Part shown: one piece after another, positions 36,186 through 46,710 of the stretch
How the letters are laid out: each line of letters opens with the position of its first letter
Position numbering within the stretch: position 1 is the first letter of the stretch
Assembly: GCA_965206595.1 (NCBI GenBank)
Contig: OZ242214.1
Location: forward strand, 2,272,001-2,336,000
Reading direction: 5' to 3'
DNA from: Candidatus Latescibacterota bacterium
Lineage (GTDB): Bacteria > Latescibacterota > UBA2968 > UBA8231
Length of the DNA: 64,000 nucleotides
Notes under the pieces: model-generated
Database searches by the model: none
The model's input: only the letters and a program-made list of their open reading frames with translations
What the model was told of the DNA's origin: nothing
Position numbers and translations under genes: made by a program

Positions 36186-36398
36186 ATCATTGTGAAATTC
36201 GCCTGAGTCAGCCGGCAAGCGGCGCCGGTTGAGAAGGCCTGCCGGGGAAGGTAGCTTTGCGGGCGACGGAGTGAAATCACCCGCGCCGGAAAAAGTCAAG
36301 CCAATCCCCCCGGGCAACTACCTGCGACGCGGCCGCGGCCCGGACCCTCGCGGGCTGGGTTTAGGGGGCAACCTGAACGAAAAAGGGACGTAATCGAA

Positions 36399-37205
36399 AT
36401 GAAAGTCGGTGTGTACGCCTCGATGTTCGGCAAGGACGATCCGCCGTCGCTCGAGACAGTCGAGAGCTACATCGCCTGCTGCGCCGGGCTGAAGGTCGAG
36501 TCGATCGACTTCCTGGCGGGGCGCGGATGGGCTTCGCACGAGCCGGACTACCTGCTCGAGATCAAGATGAAGTGCCTGCGTGCCGGGCTGTCGATCGGCT
36601 ACCTCGCCTCGGGCGGCCATTTCGTCGGCAGCGACGAGGAGCTCGAGCGCAAGGTCGCCGTGACGCGGGAGCACGCGCGCATCGCCTCCTTCCTCGGGGC
36701 GCCGATGATTCGCGTGTTCTGCGGCCAAGCCCCCGAGACCGGGGAGGACCGGCAGCGGGAGATCCGCTGTTTCCAGCAGTCGTGCGATCACGCCGCCGAG
36801 GTGGGGATCGCCGTCGGCCTGCAGAACCATCCCTGCACCGGGGACGACATGCTGCGCATCCACGAGGGGGTCGGCCGCGCGAACTTCACCGTGATCATGG
36901 ACACCGGCCAGTGGCTGGGTTCGCCCGGCAGGCACAAGGGGGTCGGCGACCCGGCTCACGACATCTACCGCTACATGGAGCAGGTCGCCCCCCTGACCTC
37001 GCACGTGCGCGCCAAGTTCTACAAGATCGACAGCGGCAGGGAGGAGTGGCTCGACTACGGGCGCATCGCCGGCATCCTGAAGGCGGCCGGCTTCAACGGC
37101 ACCGTCGGGGTGGTGTTCGAGGGCCAGGACGTCAACAGCTGCGACGACCGGGAAGTGATCCGCCTCGCCGTGGCGCACCTGCGCGACACGATCGGGTCGT
37201 CATGA
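36399..37205 (+). CDS. Sugar phosphate isomerase/epimerase (xylose-isomerase-like TIM barrel)
   Basis: 'LGAPMIRVF', 'GLQNH', 'MDTG', 'HVRAK', 'GFNG.V.V.FEG'. Confidence 0.85.
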   Translation: MKVGVYASMFGKDDPPSLETVESYIACCAGLKVESIDFLAGRGWASHEPDYLLEIKMKCLRAGLSIGYLASGGHFVGSDEELERKVAVTREHARIASFLGAPMIRVFCGQAPETGEDRQREIRCFQQSCDHAAEVGIAVGLQNHPCTGDDMLRIHEGVGRANFTVIMDTGQWLGSPGRHKGVGDPAHDIYRYMEQVAPLTSHVRAKFYKIDSGREEWLDYGRIAGILKAAGFNGTVGVVFEGQDVNSCDDREVIRLAVAHLRDTIGSS

Positions 37206-38002
37206 TCAGGGAGATTCTCGGGGTGCGGCTGTTCGGGTACGGGGTGCCGTACCGGGCGCGGTTCCACGGCGGGGTCGTCGAGCCGCTGCAGACCGGTCCG
37301 GAGGCCGAGGCCGCGGACCTGGCGCAGGCGCTCGCCCGGCTGCGCGGAGCGCCGGGAACCAGCGAGAACGACGACGCCTGGGCGGTGTCGATGCCGTTCG
37401 GGCGCTGCGGCCTGAACGGGCTTCCGCGCGAGCACCTCCGGGTTTTCGCCGCCCGGGAAGCCTGGCTGGATCTGCTGACCTGGGAGGGACCTCGTGAGGT
37501 TGCCGTGAGCCCGGGACTGCCGGTCGCAATCGAACCGCAGAGCGTCGTGCGCCTGCGCGCCCGGCCGCAACCGGGGGGACGGGTTTTGGTCGCGTTCCAG
37601 ACGCAGGACCGCACCCCCCTGATGGGAAACGCCGCTCCCTTCACTCTGGACGGCGAGGTTCCCGACCGCTGGGACGAGCGCCTGCGCAAGGGGCACGAGG
37701 CATTCGCCGCGGTCGCCGGGCTCTGGTCCGGGGACCGTCCGGCGTACGAGGCGGCGCTGGAGCGATTCTTCGGTTCGATGGCGGAGGAGCTGGAGGGGGA
37801 CGACGCCGTGGCCGCGGTCTGCGAGGAGGCCCGGGGTGCCGGCTCCTACGACGCCGCGGACGAGGGCGTCTTCTTCGACTACCAGGAAGGGATGCTCGAC
37901 GAGCCGCTGCTGGCCCGCATCCGCGCGCAGGACCCGGAGATGTTCCGCTTTCCCGGGATGTTCGGCGGCATCGCGACGTTGTTCAAGCTTCCGCTACAGT
38001 GA
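37202..38002 (+). CDS. Hypothetical protein (possibly cupin-like)
   Basis: ATGA-coupled to the upstream gene; GC3-rich codon usage. Confidence 0.6.
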   Translation: MIREILGVRLFGYGVPYRARFHGGVVEPLQTGPEAEAADLAQALARLRGAPGTSENDDAWAVSMPFGRCGLNGLPREHLRVFAAREAWLDLLTWEGPREVAVSPGLPVAIEPQSVVRLRARPQPGGRVLVAFQTQDRTPLMGNAAPFTLDGEVPDRWDERLRKGHEAFAAVAGLWSGDRPAYEAALERFFGSMAEELEGDDAVAAVCEEARGAGSYDAADEGVFFDYQEGMLDEPLLARIRAQDPEMFRFPGMFGGIATLFKLPLQ

Positions 38003-38034
38003 GGTGCCCAGCGGGAAAACCTGCCAGGTTACTC

Positions 38035-41000
38035 TCAGACGGGTTCGAACACCAACTCCGGCACCACTACCTCCCAGGTTTCGCATTGCGCGTAATCCTG
38101 GTACTCCGGCTCCGATGCTTCGCGGCTCCGACCTATGACAGCGAGGACGTTGGCGGAGCCGTACCGCGTCCCTGGTGGGGATTCGAAGCCTTTTGCAAGA
38201 CGGCCGACCGCCGTACCTGACTCGTCCAGCAGATTCCAGCGTCCCTGTTCATCCACTCGTACTTCCAGAGGGTCCCCGGGAGACAGGACGGCGATGGCGC
38301 GATGCACCGGATGGTTGGCGTGGCGACGCCCTGCGAATCCCACGTCCGGACGGGGCCGCCTGTATCGACGTGCAAGCTCGGGAACTCTCGGCGGCAGAAC
38401 GCCGGAGGGGCGGTGCAGAACCGAGCCGTTGTTCGGAAAAGCAAATGGCAGTGGTGCCACCCGCGAGTATACGGGAGGGGCAGGCTCCCTTGCGAAATTC
38501 GGCCGGGTGGAGCTTTGCTGCGGCTGTGCTCCTTGAAAACGAACGAGAGCGAGGGTCTTCCTGGCACGAGTCATGGCCACGTAGTAAAGCCTGCGCGGCG
38601 CGTCCGGGTCTTCCCCCTTGTCGACGTCCACTTTGTCCCAGCCTCCGTCGAGCACCACAACGTGATCGAACTCCAATCCCTTGGCTCGATGTGCGCTCAG
38701 AAGCGTCAGCCCACGCGGGCGGCGGCGGACTTCCCGTCCCCATTCGGCCAGCCACTCGATGAAGTGATCGACCGGCACCTCCGCCCCCTCGCCAATTTCC
38801 AGCGCGTGTTCGTCCAAGCCTTCCCGCAACAGCTCGATCCAGGGTCCTCCGAAGGATCGTGCATTCATCCACCCACGGAGCTCTTTGTGGTCCACCAGCC
38901 GGGGGTTCCGGCCGTGCAGCCATTCAACAAGCGCCTGGGTCTCACGAAGGTGCCAGAAGCCCGGCATTTCTTCGTTCCCCATATGCACCTCGATACTGTG
39001 GACTTCGCAGAACGCTCTCACCGGCTCCAAGTACTTCCATTCTCGTGCGATCACGGCGCACCTGGACCAGTCCCAGTCTGGAGCAAGGCCGGCGAGTCGC
39101 AGAAGCTCCATCATCCCCACCTGCGCCTGCGCCACGAGATCCCCCGGCTTTGACACCGATAGAACCTGCACCCGGCCTTGAGAGACCGGATCCAGCTTAC
39201 TCCACTCACCTCCAGGCGGACTCTTCGCACGTGCCCGATCTATGCCGATGGGGTGTTCGTCCTTCATGCGCTCCCGGGCCGACTCGATCAGGGCATTGGC
39301 GGCGGCGATGATGTGGCCGGTGGAACGATAGTTGTCAATGAGAAATTCGGGCTTCGGCCCATAGTCCTTCTCGAAGCGGCGGATGAATTCCACCGAAGCT
39401 CCGTTGAACGCGTAGATATTCTGATCGTCGTCGCCCACGGCGAAGAGGGTGAGCTTGCGATCCTCATCTTTTTGGGTCCGTCCGGCCAAGGCCGATATCA
39501 GCTCGTACTGGTCGGCGTCGATGTCCTGGTACTCGTCGACCAGAATCCAGCGAAAACCGGCGAGAAGCCTGTCGCGTTGCTCGTCGGCTTCTTCCGGGGG
39601 CAGCCCCTCGCCCTGCAGCAGCGCTATCGCCTTCTGCAAAACTTCCTGAAACATCTTGTTTTCCGGACGCCCGGCTCCTCCACTGAAGCTCGCCCCTGCC
39701 AGGCGCATGGCGAGGCCGTGGCAGGTTAGCACCGTTACCCAGCGGGCATCCTCTCCAATCAGCTCCCCGAGACGGCGCCGGATCTCGACGGCGGCGTGCC
39801 GGTTGTAGGCGAGGGCCAGAATACCGCGGGGATTCTCGCGTTTCACGCGCACCAGGTAAGCGATCCGGTGCACCAGCACCCGCGTCTTTCCTGATCCGGG
39901 ACCGGCGAGAACTATTACGTTCTGGTCTCGATTATCCGCGACGATCCGCTGTTGGACGGGGTTCTTCAGGCTCTCGACGATGGCCCTCCACGATTCGGGG
40001 GTGGTCTCGCGCCGGAGCTCCTGATTCCGATCCGGCAGCCAGCGGTTAAGGAATTCCTGCTCGTTCAGGCCGAAGTAGTCCATTGCGAGCTGCAGTTCCT
40101 CGGCCATGGCCTCGAGACCCCGCCGCGCGAACTCGACCATGACGTGGATCTGCCGTACCTGCCCCTCGTAGTGGAGTTTGAGCGGCTCGAAGTCGGCGGC
40201 GGCGAAGCCTCTCCTCGGATTCTCGTCCGCAAGCCGGATGGTCATGGCGGGCCGGAACACCGCGAGACCCTTGTGGAGGCGAATGACCTCCTGCTCGTGC
40301 AACCACAGAAGCGCTCGGTCCAGGAGCTTTTGCGGATCCTTGACCCTGCTCTTCAGCACCAGATCGGAGGTGAGTGCCTCGAGCAATTTCCCGAGGGTGG
40401 TCTCGGCCAGGAGATCCGTACCCCGGCTCCCAGGCGGCAGGCTGGCGAGCAGGTGCTCGAGCAGGCGTCTCGAGCCCTCACGGCGCCGCGATGCGGTCTC
40501 CTCCAGGGCTGGCCAATCGCGTTGCAGGGTCACCTGCACGGTCTCCGCATCGCGCTTCCGGATCCCGAGGCTCCCGGAGCCGCCCCCCTCGCCGCGGCCG
40601 TCGGCGGCGATGCTGCGAAGAATGCGCCATAGCCGCTCGGGAAGGGGATCGACCACCCCCGCGTCGCGCAGGACTTGCGACGCGACTCGCAAGTGCAGGA
40701 TCGAGGCGTCTCCCTTGTCCATGTCCGGGGCCGCCAGACGGAGGTGCTCGATCAGGGCTTTCTCGAGACTCTCCGCCTCCTCAAGGCGCTTCCGCGAGCT
40801 TCTCTCCACCCCTGTATGGACGAAGGCGGTGAGCGCCGTATCGTTGCTCGCGATGCCGATTCGTTCCAGGTCGTAGAGAGCCGCGCGCACGCCTTCGGGG
40901 CTCAAGCCCGATACGCCCATCAGCTCATCGGTGGAGAGGCCTTCGTCCGGATCGGCGTCGATCAGCGTCTCGGCGATGGACAGCAGCTGGCTCCGATAGT

Positions 41001-43245
41001 TGTCCGCCACGGGCTGCCTTTCGAGCCTGGTGCGCGCTTCTTCCACCGAGCCCACCCGTAGGGACGAAGGGAATACCCGCACCTTGTTCTCCTCACGGGT
41101 GAGCAGCACCGCTTCCTCCAACCAGGCGATGGCGGTCCGCACCCGGGTATCGTCGGTGGCCGAGTCCCGCTCGAATACCTTCTCGTCGTCCTCCAGGAGG
41201 ATCTCGCCCGCCGTCGCCACAACCTCGCCCCCCAGACGCTTCTTCCGGTCGAGGTTCCGGAGCGCTCGCAGGATGCCGTGAATTTCGCGACGGTTGAGGC
41301 GCGATCGGGCCGACATCCCGAACTGGTGCTCGACGTCGTCCGTCGAGTACAGCAGCACACATCGCGCCATCTTCCGGTCCCGCCCAGCGCGCCCCGCTTC
41401 CTGCAGGTAGTTCTCAAGCGACCCGGGGATGTCGGCGTGGACAACCAGCCGCACGTCCGGCTTGTCGATGCCCATTCCGAAGGCGTTGGTAGCTGCGATC
41501 ACCCGGAGCTCGCCGGCGATGAAGCGCTCCTGGACGCTCTTCTTGGTCTCGGGCGGCAGCCCGGCGTGGAAATAGTCCGCCGCCATCTTCTTCATCTGCA
41601 GGAACTCCGCCACCTCTTCGGTCCCCCGGCGGGTGGCGCAGTAAACGATGGCACCTTCGGACGTGTCCGGCCGCAGGTTCGCCATCAGGATCTGGTGGAT
41701 GTGAGGAAACTTTTCGCCACCGGTGGTCGGAACCACCACGAACTCGAGGTTCGTGCGCCGTGCTCCGCCGTCGAAAACGGTGAGTTCTGCCCCGAGCTCT
41801 TCCCGGAAGTGCCGTTTGATATCCTCGACCACGTCGGGCTTCGCGGTGGCGGTGAGGCACAGGACCGGCGGGACCGGCCCCGATCCCGCCTTCTCGCGTA
41901 TGAAGCGCCCCACGTAGCGGTAGTCGGGCCTGAAGTCGTGCCCCCATCGCGACAGGCAGTGGGCTTCGTCCAAGACCCAGGCGCCGATCTCGCGCTGGTT
42001 CAGAACGCGGCGGAAGGACTGGCTGCGCAGTTGCTCCGGCGAGACGAGCACCAAGCCCGCGTCCCCGAACCGAACCCGGTCCAGCGCTTCGGTTCGCTCG
42101 GGCATCGACAGCAGGCCGTTGATGGCGACACACGACCCGATGCCGTGTGCTTCCAGCCCGGCTACCTGGTCCGCCATTAGCGCGACCAAGGGTGAGATCA
42201 CCACCGTGAGAGCACCGGTCTTGTCGTAGCGGGAGAGGGCCGGAATCTGGTAACAGAGCGACTTTCCGGTGCCGGTGGGGAGGATCCCGAGGACGTGCTC
42301 ACCCGCCATCGCGGCTTCAACGATGGACTGTTGCATCGGGCGCCCGTCGGCGCTCGAAGGTTTGGGGCGGAAGCCGTCGAAGCGGAACCAGCGGGAGAGT
42401 TCCTTGCGGGCGTCATGCCGGTCCCGGCACCACTCGCAGACGGGGTCTCCACAAGCTGTATCCCGTAGCCGGCGGACCAGCCGCCCCGCCTCGGGGAATT
42501 GGTAAAGTACCCACGGCGGCATGACCGAGTTGCCACCGGCCACCGAAAGCCAGGCGAGGGCGTAGGCCAGCCCCCAGCCGCCGCGTGCTGGGTCTGCCAG
42601 GACCTCGCACGCTTGGGTCCGGCAGGCCCTGCCAACCAACCGTCGCTCTGTCGCCACGCGGGCTTCCGCATCCGAGGGCCGGGGCGACTCACGCAGCCAG
42701 GAGAAGAATCTGTCGAAGCCGTCTCCGTTATCACCTGCCGTTGACAACCAGTGCCACGCGAGCAAGAGATCCGGTGAAGCGGAGCCGAGGTCTCGCAATT
42801 GGTCACGAAAGACGTCGAGCGCGAGCCGGGCATCGAGTTCGGGATCGTTCAGCCGCCCACGTTTGAGTTGTCCGTCTTGGTAATGCTTGACCAGCTGGTG
42901 ATACGGGTTGCGCGGAAAGGCGAGGGGATTGAGCCACAACGTATCCACCGCCGGCAGCCGAAAAAGCCGGAGATCGGGTTTCGCGGCTTTCAAATGCGGA
43001 AGGTCGAAGAGGATCAGGTTGTGGCCCAGCAGGAAGTCGGCACCGTGCGCGAGATCGTCCAGTCTTGTCAGTGCCGCGCCAAGGTTACCGCCGCTGAAAA
43101 CCAGTTGGTCTCCGGTATCCGATCGGATTGCGGCGAAAGCACGGATGCGACGATTCTGTTTTCCGATCTCGAGGTCCAGCGAGAGATATTTGAGAGATGA
43201 CTTTGATTCCATTGCGATGCCCACGAAAAGTCGCGGGCGTTCCAT
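38035..43245 (-). CDS. Fusion of DEDD-like exonuclease, RecQ-family SF2 helicase and UvrD-family SF1 helicase
   Basis: N-terminal DLE / GHNxxxFD / DPELD. RecQ motifs PTGTGKS, DEAH, TATA, ATNAFGMGIDK, QEAGRAGRD. UvrD motifs AGPGSGKT, VDEYQD, GDDDQNIY, NYRS, AKGLEFD, YVAMTRA. Confidence 0.9.
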   Translation of the reverse strand: MERPRLFVGIAMESKSSLKYLSLDLEIGKQNRRIRAFAAIRSDTGDQLVFSGGNLGAALTRLDDLAHGADFLLGHNLILFDLPHLKAAKPDLRLFRLPAVDTLWLNPLAFPRNPYHQLVKHYQDGQLKRGRLNDPELDARLALDVFRDQLRDLGSASPDLLLAWHWLSTAGDNGDGFDRFFSWLRESPRPSDAEARVATERRLVGRACRTQACEVLADPARGGWGLAYALAWLSVAGGNSVMPPWVLYQFPEAGRLVRRLRDTACGDPVCEWCRDRHDARKELSRWFRFDGFRPKPSSADGRPMQQSIVEAAMAGEHVLGILPTGTGKSLCYQIPALSRYDKTGALTVVISPLVALMADQVAGLEAHGIGSCVAINGLLSMPERTEALDRVRFGDAGLVLVSPEQLRSQSFRRVLNQREIGAWVLDEAHCLSRWGHDFRPDYRYVGRFIREKAGSGPVPPVLCLTATAKPDVVEDIKRHFREELGAELTVFDGGARRTNLEFVVVPTTGGEKFPHIHQILMANLRPDTSEGAIVYCATRRGTEEVAEFLQMKKMAADYFHAGLPPETKKSVQERFIAGELRVIAATNAFGMGIDKPDVRLVVHADIPGSLENYLQEAGRAGRDRKMARCVLLYSTDDVEHQFGMSARSRLNRREIHGILRALRNLDRKKRLGGEVVATAGEILLEDDEKVFERDSATDDTRVRTAIAWLEEAVLLTREENKVRVFPSSLRVGSVEEARTRLERQPVADNYRSQLLSIAETLIDADPDEGLSTDELMGVSGLSPEGVRAALYDLERIGIASNDTALTAFVHTGVERSSRKRLEEAESLEKALIEHLRLAAPDMDKGDASILHLRVASQVLRDAGVVDPLPERLWRILRSIAADGRGEGGGSGSLGIRKRDAETVQVTLQRDWPALEETASRRREGSRRLLEHLLASLPPGSRGTDLLAETTLGKLLEALTSDLVLKSRVKDPQKLLDRALLWLHEQEVIRLHKGLAVFRPAMTIRLADENPRRGFAAADFEPLKLHYEGQVRQIHVMVEFARRGLEAMAEELQLAMDYFGLNEQEFLNRWLPDRNQELRRETTPESWRAIVESLKNPVQQRIVADNRDQNVIVLAGPGSGKTRVLVHRIAYLVRVKRENPRGILALAYNRHAAVEIRRRLGELIGEDARWVTVLTCHGLAMRLAGASFSGGAGRPENKMFQEVLQKAIALLQGEGLPPEEADEQRDRLLAGFRWILVDEYQDIDADQYELISALAGRTQKDEDRKLTLFAVGDDDQNIYAFNGASVEFIRRFEKDYGPKPEFLIDNYRSTGHIIAAANALIESARERMKDEHPIGIDRARAKSPPGGEWSKLDPVSQGRVQVLSVSKPGDLVAQAQVGMMELLRLAGLAPDWDWSRCAVIAREWKYLEPVRAFCEVHSIEVHMGNEEMPGFWHLRETQALVEWLHGRNPRLVDHKELRGWMNARSFGGPWIELLREGLDEHALEIGEGAEVPVDHFIEWLAEWGREVRRRPRGLTLLSAHRAKGLEFDHVVVLDGGWDKVDVDKGEDPDAPRRLYYVAMTRARKTLALVRFQGAQPQQSSTRPNFAREPAPPVYSRVAPLPFAFPNNGSVLHRPSGVLPPRVPELARRYRRPRPDVGFAGRRHANHPVHRAIAVLSPGDPLEVRVDEQGRWNLLDESGTAVGRLAKGFESPPGTRYGSANVLAVIGRSREASEPEYQDYAQCETWEVVVPELVFEPV

Positions 43246-43410
43246 CTATCCCATGACCAAAAACGTGTCAAGGCGGACGTGCTTTAGATCCCGATGTTAT
43301 TGGCGGCGGCTGACCGGGTACCAGCCCCAGATCCCCAACCCAATAGTGTCGAATACAAAAGAACTCCTTAAGGCCTCTGGACCACCTGGTTCCCCGAGCC
43401 GGAAAAGCCC

Positions 43411-44964
43411 CTACAGCAGGGACCTGCACAAGGCCGGGCGCGGCGCCATGTAGGGCCCGCCGCCGCTGACGCCGGCGATCTCGTCGCCGCGCCAGCGGAA
43501 GGTCACCGTCTCCTCCTCGGCGGACTCGTCCCGCGACAGCTCCTCCTCCTCATACTCGGGGAGCCCGAAACCCAACTCGCTGGTTGTCACCTCCGGTTTC
43601 TGCGCCACCACCAGGAACCCGTTCGCCACGGTTGCCTCGACAGGCAGCCCGTCGACAGTCAGCGAGCAGCTTCCCACGTCCCCCCAACCCGGTAGCCGCA
43701 GCCGCAGCTCCTTCCCCGTTCGATTGACAACGGTCACGCGGCCGGTGCTCTCGCGGCGCTCGGCCCTCACCTCCACCTGCGGCAGCTTGCGGTCGAAGTG
43801 GAAGTTGACGCGGACGATCTCCTCTTCCACGTCCACGGTCCGGGTCCAGAGCTCGATCAGGCTGTGCAGGGTCGCCGCGGTGAAGTCGGTGACGCAGGTC
43901 TGGCCGCTGACGTGGCCCACCGAGCCGCCGATGGCGCCGACGAAACGGTCGGCGAGGTCGCGGTAGCAGTCGCGGGAGTCTCCTGCCTCCGCAGGCCGGA
44001 TCGGAACCGGTTGGCGCACCTGCGCCGGGAACAGCCGGGCCCGGGCGATGCGCTCGGCGTCGTCGAGCAGGCCGGGGTCGGCGAACCGGTCCCACAGCAG
44101 CAGGGCGATGTGGGCGATATCCCCGGCCGAGGCGATGTCGCCGCCGGAGCGGTCGCCGATGTCGTGGGTGACGAACCCGGAGCGAGTGATCATCCCGGAG
44201 ACAGCTTCCCGGTAGGTCCGGCAGACCAGCTCCTGGCGCTGGCGCGACCCCTGGAGCACGGCCAGCATCAGCAGGCCGCGAAGGGTGTTGAGGTACGAGT
44301 GGGTGTGGTGGCCGCAGCCCTCGGCGAGGCTGCCGTCGTCGTTCAGCAGGTACCCGAAGTGGAAGTCGGCGAGGCGCTCCGCTTCCTCGAGGGCGGCCGG
44401 CTCCCCGGTGGCCGCGTGGAAACAGAGCAGCCCCTCGATGGCGCGGCCGTGGGTGTAGGCCGGGGCGGCGCTGTTGCCGTGCTTGGCCAGCGCCGGTCCG
44501 CCGTCGAACGAGAACCTCCATTCCATCAGGTCCCGGCTCGCGCGGCGCATCCCCTCGACCGCCCGCCGGCCGCATTCGCCGGCGCGGTCGCTGCTGCGGC
44601 ACTCGACCAGCAGTCCGAACGACAGCATGGTCTCGCGGTAGGAGTGGATGTACCAGTTGGCGGGGTCCCGGGGGTCGACGTCCTCGAGGAAGATGCCGCA
44701 GGCGTTGTCCGCCAGGCGCCAGCTGTTCTCGAGCATCGCGCTTTCCATCTCCGCGGGGATCTCGAAGCCGGCGGCGCGCTCGAGCCGCAGCATGGTGTTC
44801 CACCAGCGTCCGACGTTGTGGCCGGTGCACCAGGGGCGGAACTGGTACATGGCGCGCAGCTCCTCGTCTACCGCCATCTGCCAGTAGGGCAGGTAACCGT
44901 CGTCGCGCGACAGGCAGCCGAGGAGGTTGCGGCCGCTCAGGTGAAGGCGGTCCTCGACGTTCAC
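43411..44964 (-). CDS. Hypothetical (alpha/alpha)-barrel protein, possibly GH127/GH146-like
   Basis: GTG 44964 overlaps the upstream TGA; 'HTHSYL', 'RVNFHFD…LRLRLPGW' C-terminal pattern. Confidence 0.55.
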   Translation of the reverse strand: MNVEDRLHLSGRNLLGCLSRDDGYLPYWQMAVDEELRAMYQFRPWCTGHNVGRWWNTMLRLERAAGFEIPAEMESAMLENSWRLADNACGIFLEDVDPRDPANWYIHSYRETMLSFGLLVECRSSDRAGECGRRAVEGMRRASRDLMEWRFSFDGGPALAKHGNSAAPAYTHGRAIEGLLCFHAATGEPAALEEAERLADFHFGYLLNDDGSLAEGCGHHTHSYLNTLRGLLMLAVLQGSRQRQELVCRTYREAVSGMITRSGFVTHDIGDRSGGDIASAGDIAHIALLLWDRFADPGLLDDAERIARARLFPAQVRQPVPIRPAEAGDSRDCYRDLADRFVGAIGGSVGHVSGQTCVTDFTAATLHSLIELWTRTVDVEEEIVRVNFHFDRKLPQVEVRAERRESTGRVTVVNRTGKELRLRLPGWGDVGSCSLTVDGLPVEATVANGFLVVAQKPEVTTSELGFGLPEYEEEELSRDESAEEETVTFRWRGDEIAGVSGGGPYMAPRPALCRSLL

Positions 44965-45992
44965 AGGGTGTGATCGACTCCGAGCTTGATCGAACGCTCC
45001 GGGTGCTCGCAGATCTCGTGATACGCCTCGGCGGCGCGGGCGAAGGGGACGACCGGGGCCACCAGTCCGTCCGCCTTCAGCCGGCCCTCCCGCAGCAGCG
45101 CCAGGGACTCGGAGCGGATGCGCGGCACGTCCCAGCCGTGATGGAGGTGCGGTGTGCTGACCGCGCGGCTCGACACGATCTCGATGCGGTTGCGGTGCCA
45201 CTCCCCGGCCAGGGACAGCCCCTTCGAGCCGTGGTAGTAGGCGGTCGAGACCACGGTGCCGGCGTACTTGACGGCCCGCAGGGCATCCTCCAGGGCGGCG
45301 TAGGAGCCGCTGGTCTCGAAAACGACGTCGGCGCCGACCTTGCCGGTGGCCTCCTTGACCGCCACCCCGAGGTCGGTTTCGGCCGGGTCGTACACGGCAT
45401 CGGCGCAATGGCGGGCAGCCCCCTCGCGCCGCATCTCGATCGGGTCGGAGACGGCCACCCAGCGCGCCCCGCAAACCCGCGCTAGCTGCGCCACCATCTG
45501 GCCGATGGCCCCGAGGCCGGTGACGGCGACGCGGTCCCCGAGCCGCACCGGGGCATCGCGCACCGCCCCTACGGCAAAGTCGGCCGGGTCCCAGTAGACC
45601 AGGGCCTGCGGCGACATCCCATCCGGGGCGGGGTGCAGCCTCGCCGCCGGCACCGTGTGGGTCTCCCTGATCGGCAGGTGGCCGAAGACGCGGTCCCCCG
45701 GTTCGAGGCTGCCGGCATCGGGGCCGGTCTCCTCGACGGTCCCGACGCACATGTTCCCCAGGGACATCGGGAACCGCGGGGGCGCCCCCTCGCCGCGGCG
45801 GTGCAGGCGCAGCTCGGAATCGAAGCGGTCGCTGGCATCGGGGGTGTCGGCGCGGAAAGCGCGCAGCTCGGTGCCGTGCTTGACCGAGCTGAAGCGGGCG
45901 CGCACGCGCACCTGCCCCGGTTGCAGCGGCGGCTCTTCGTACTCCCGGAGCAGGGCGCGTCCTGGGCGCTCGGCGATCAGTTCCAGGGGCAC
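44961..45992 (-). CDS. MDR-family (zinc-binding alcohol dehydrogenase-like) oxidoreductase
   Basis: 'PGQVRVR…GTE', 'VG.VEETG…PGDRV', Rossmann 'VAVTGLGAIG', 'DVVFETSG'. Confidence 0.85.
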   Translation of the reverse strand: MPLELIAERPGRALLREYEEPPLQPGQVRVRARFSSVKHGTELRAFRADTPDASDRFDSELRLHRRGEGAPPRFPMSLGNMCVGTVEETGPDAGSLEPGDRVFGHLPIRETHTVPAARLHPAPDGMSPQALVYWDPADFAVGAVRDAPVRLGDRVAVTGLGAIGQMVAQLARVCGARWVAVSDPIEMRREGAARHCADAVYDPAETDLGVAVKEATGKVGADVVFETSGSYAALEDALRAVKYAGTVVSTAYYHGSKGLSLAGEWHRNRIEIVSSRAVSTPHLHHGWDVPRIRSESLALLREGRLKADGLVAPVVPFARAAEAYHEICEHPERSIKLGVDHTL

Positions 45993-46182
45993 TGTCGATT
46001 CCTTTTTCGGCTTGTGGGTTGGCCACACGGGACATGGCCAGGCTCGGCACCCGGGATCCGTGCAGCTGGTCCGGCGCGGCCGAGCGGGCGAGCGTACATT
46101 GAAACCGATGTCCTGTCCGGGGAAACAGATTACAACAATTCGGCCGCGGAAGCGCCAGGCTTGCAAGGCGCCTTGGCGAGAG

Positions 46183-46196
46183 GTACACGGGTGTAC
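46183..46196. promoter_or_regulatory. Palindrome GTACAC-GG-GTGTAC, candidate operator in a divergent promoter region
   Basis: Perfect inverted repeat between divergent genes; function inferred only. Confidence 0.3.
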
Positions 46197-46245
46197 AGCG
46201 AGCGAATGACCAGATAACCATGACACCGGAAACTGAGAGCACCCC

Positions 46246-46668
46246 ATGGAGAAGGGGATGAAAGCGCCCTTTCTGCTCGCCCTGCCGGTGGCCGCCGCGC
46301 TGGCCTGCTCCGATCTGACCACGAGCACCGACATGGTATTCGATCCCCCCTCCGCAGGGCCGGCTACCTTCGGGCAGCTGCAGAAAAGCGTGTTCGCCGT
46401 TTCCTGCGCGTCGAGCGGCTGCCACGGCGGCACCGCCTGGCCCGACCTGTCGCCCGGCAAGGCCTACGACAACATCGTCGGCGTCGAGAGCAGCCAGGGC
46501 ATTCCCCTGGTGGCCCCGGGCAGGCCGGACAGCAGCTACCTGTATCGCAAACTCCTTCCCGACGCCCAAATCTCCGGGGACCGCATGCCCCTCGGCGGGC
46601 CGTACCTGGAACCGGCCACGCTCGAGGCGGTGTACGCGTGGATAGAAAAGGGAGCCCCGAGGGACTGA
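46246..46668 (+). CDS. Lipoprotein with atypical c-type heme motif (CxxxxCH)
   Basis: Lipobox ALAC; 'SCASSGCHGG', 'VAPGRPDSSYLYRKL', 'RMP…WI..GA'. Confidence 0.75.
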   Translation: MEKGMKAPFLLALPVAAALACSDLTTSTDMVFDPPSAGPATFGQLQKSVFAVSCASSGCHGGTAWPDLSPGKAYDNIVGVESSQGIPLVAPGRPDSSYLYRKLLPDAQISGDRMPLGGPYLEPATLEAVYAWIEKGAPRD

Positions 46669-46710
46669 CCTCCGGCTCGCCGCCGGCAAACCAATCCGGG
46701 ACGACTAACA

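Noticed and set aside
43411-46689. 1092-aa ORF and other long Arg/Pro/Gly-rich ORFs (e.g. 3269..5419 N-part, 5918..6814, 8374..10500, 13093..14793, 15315..17174, 59778..62138)
   Set aside because: Shadow or extension frames typical of high-GC DNA. The real genes start later or lie in another frame or strand.
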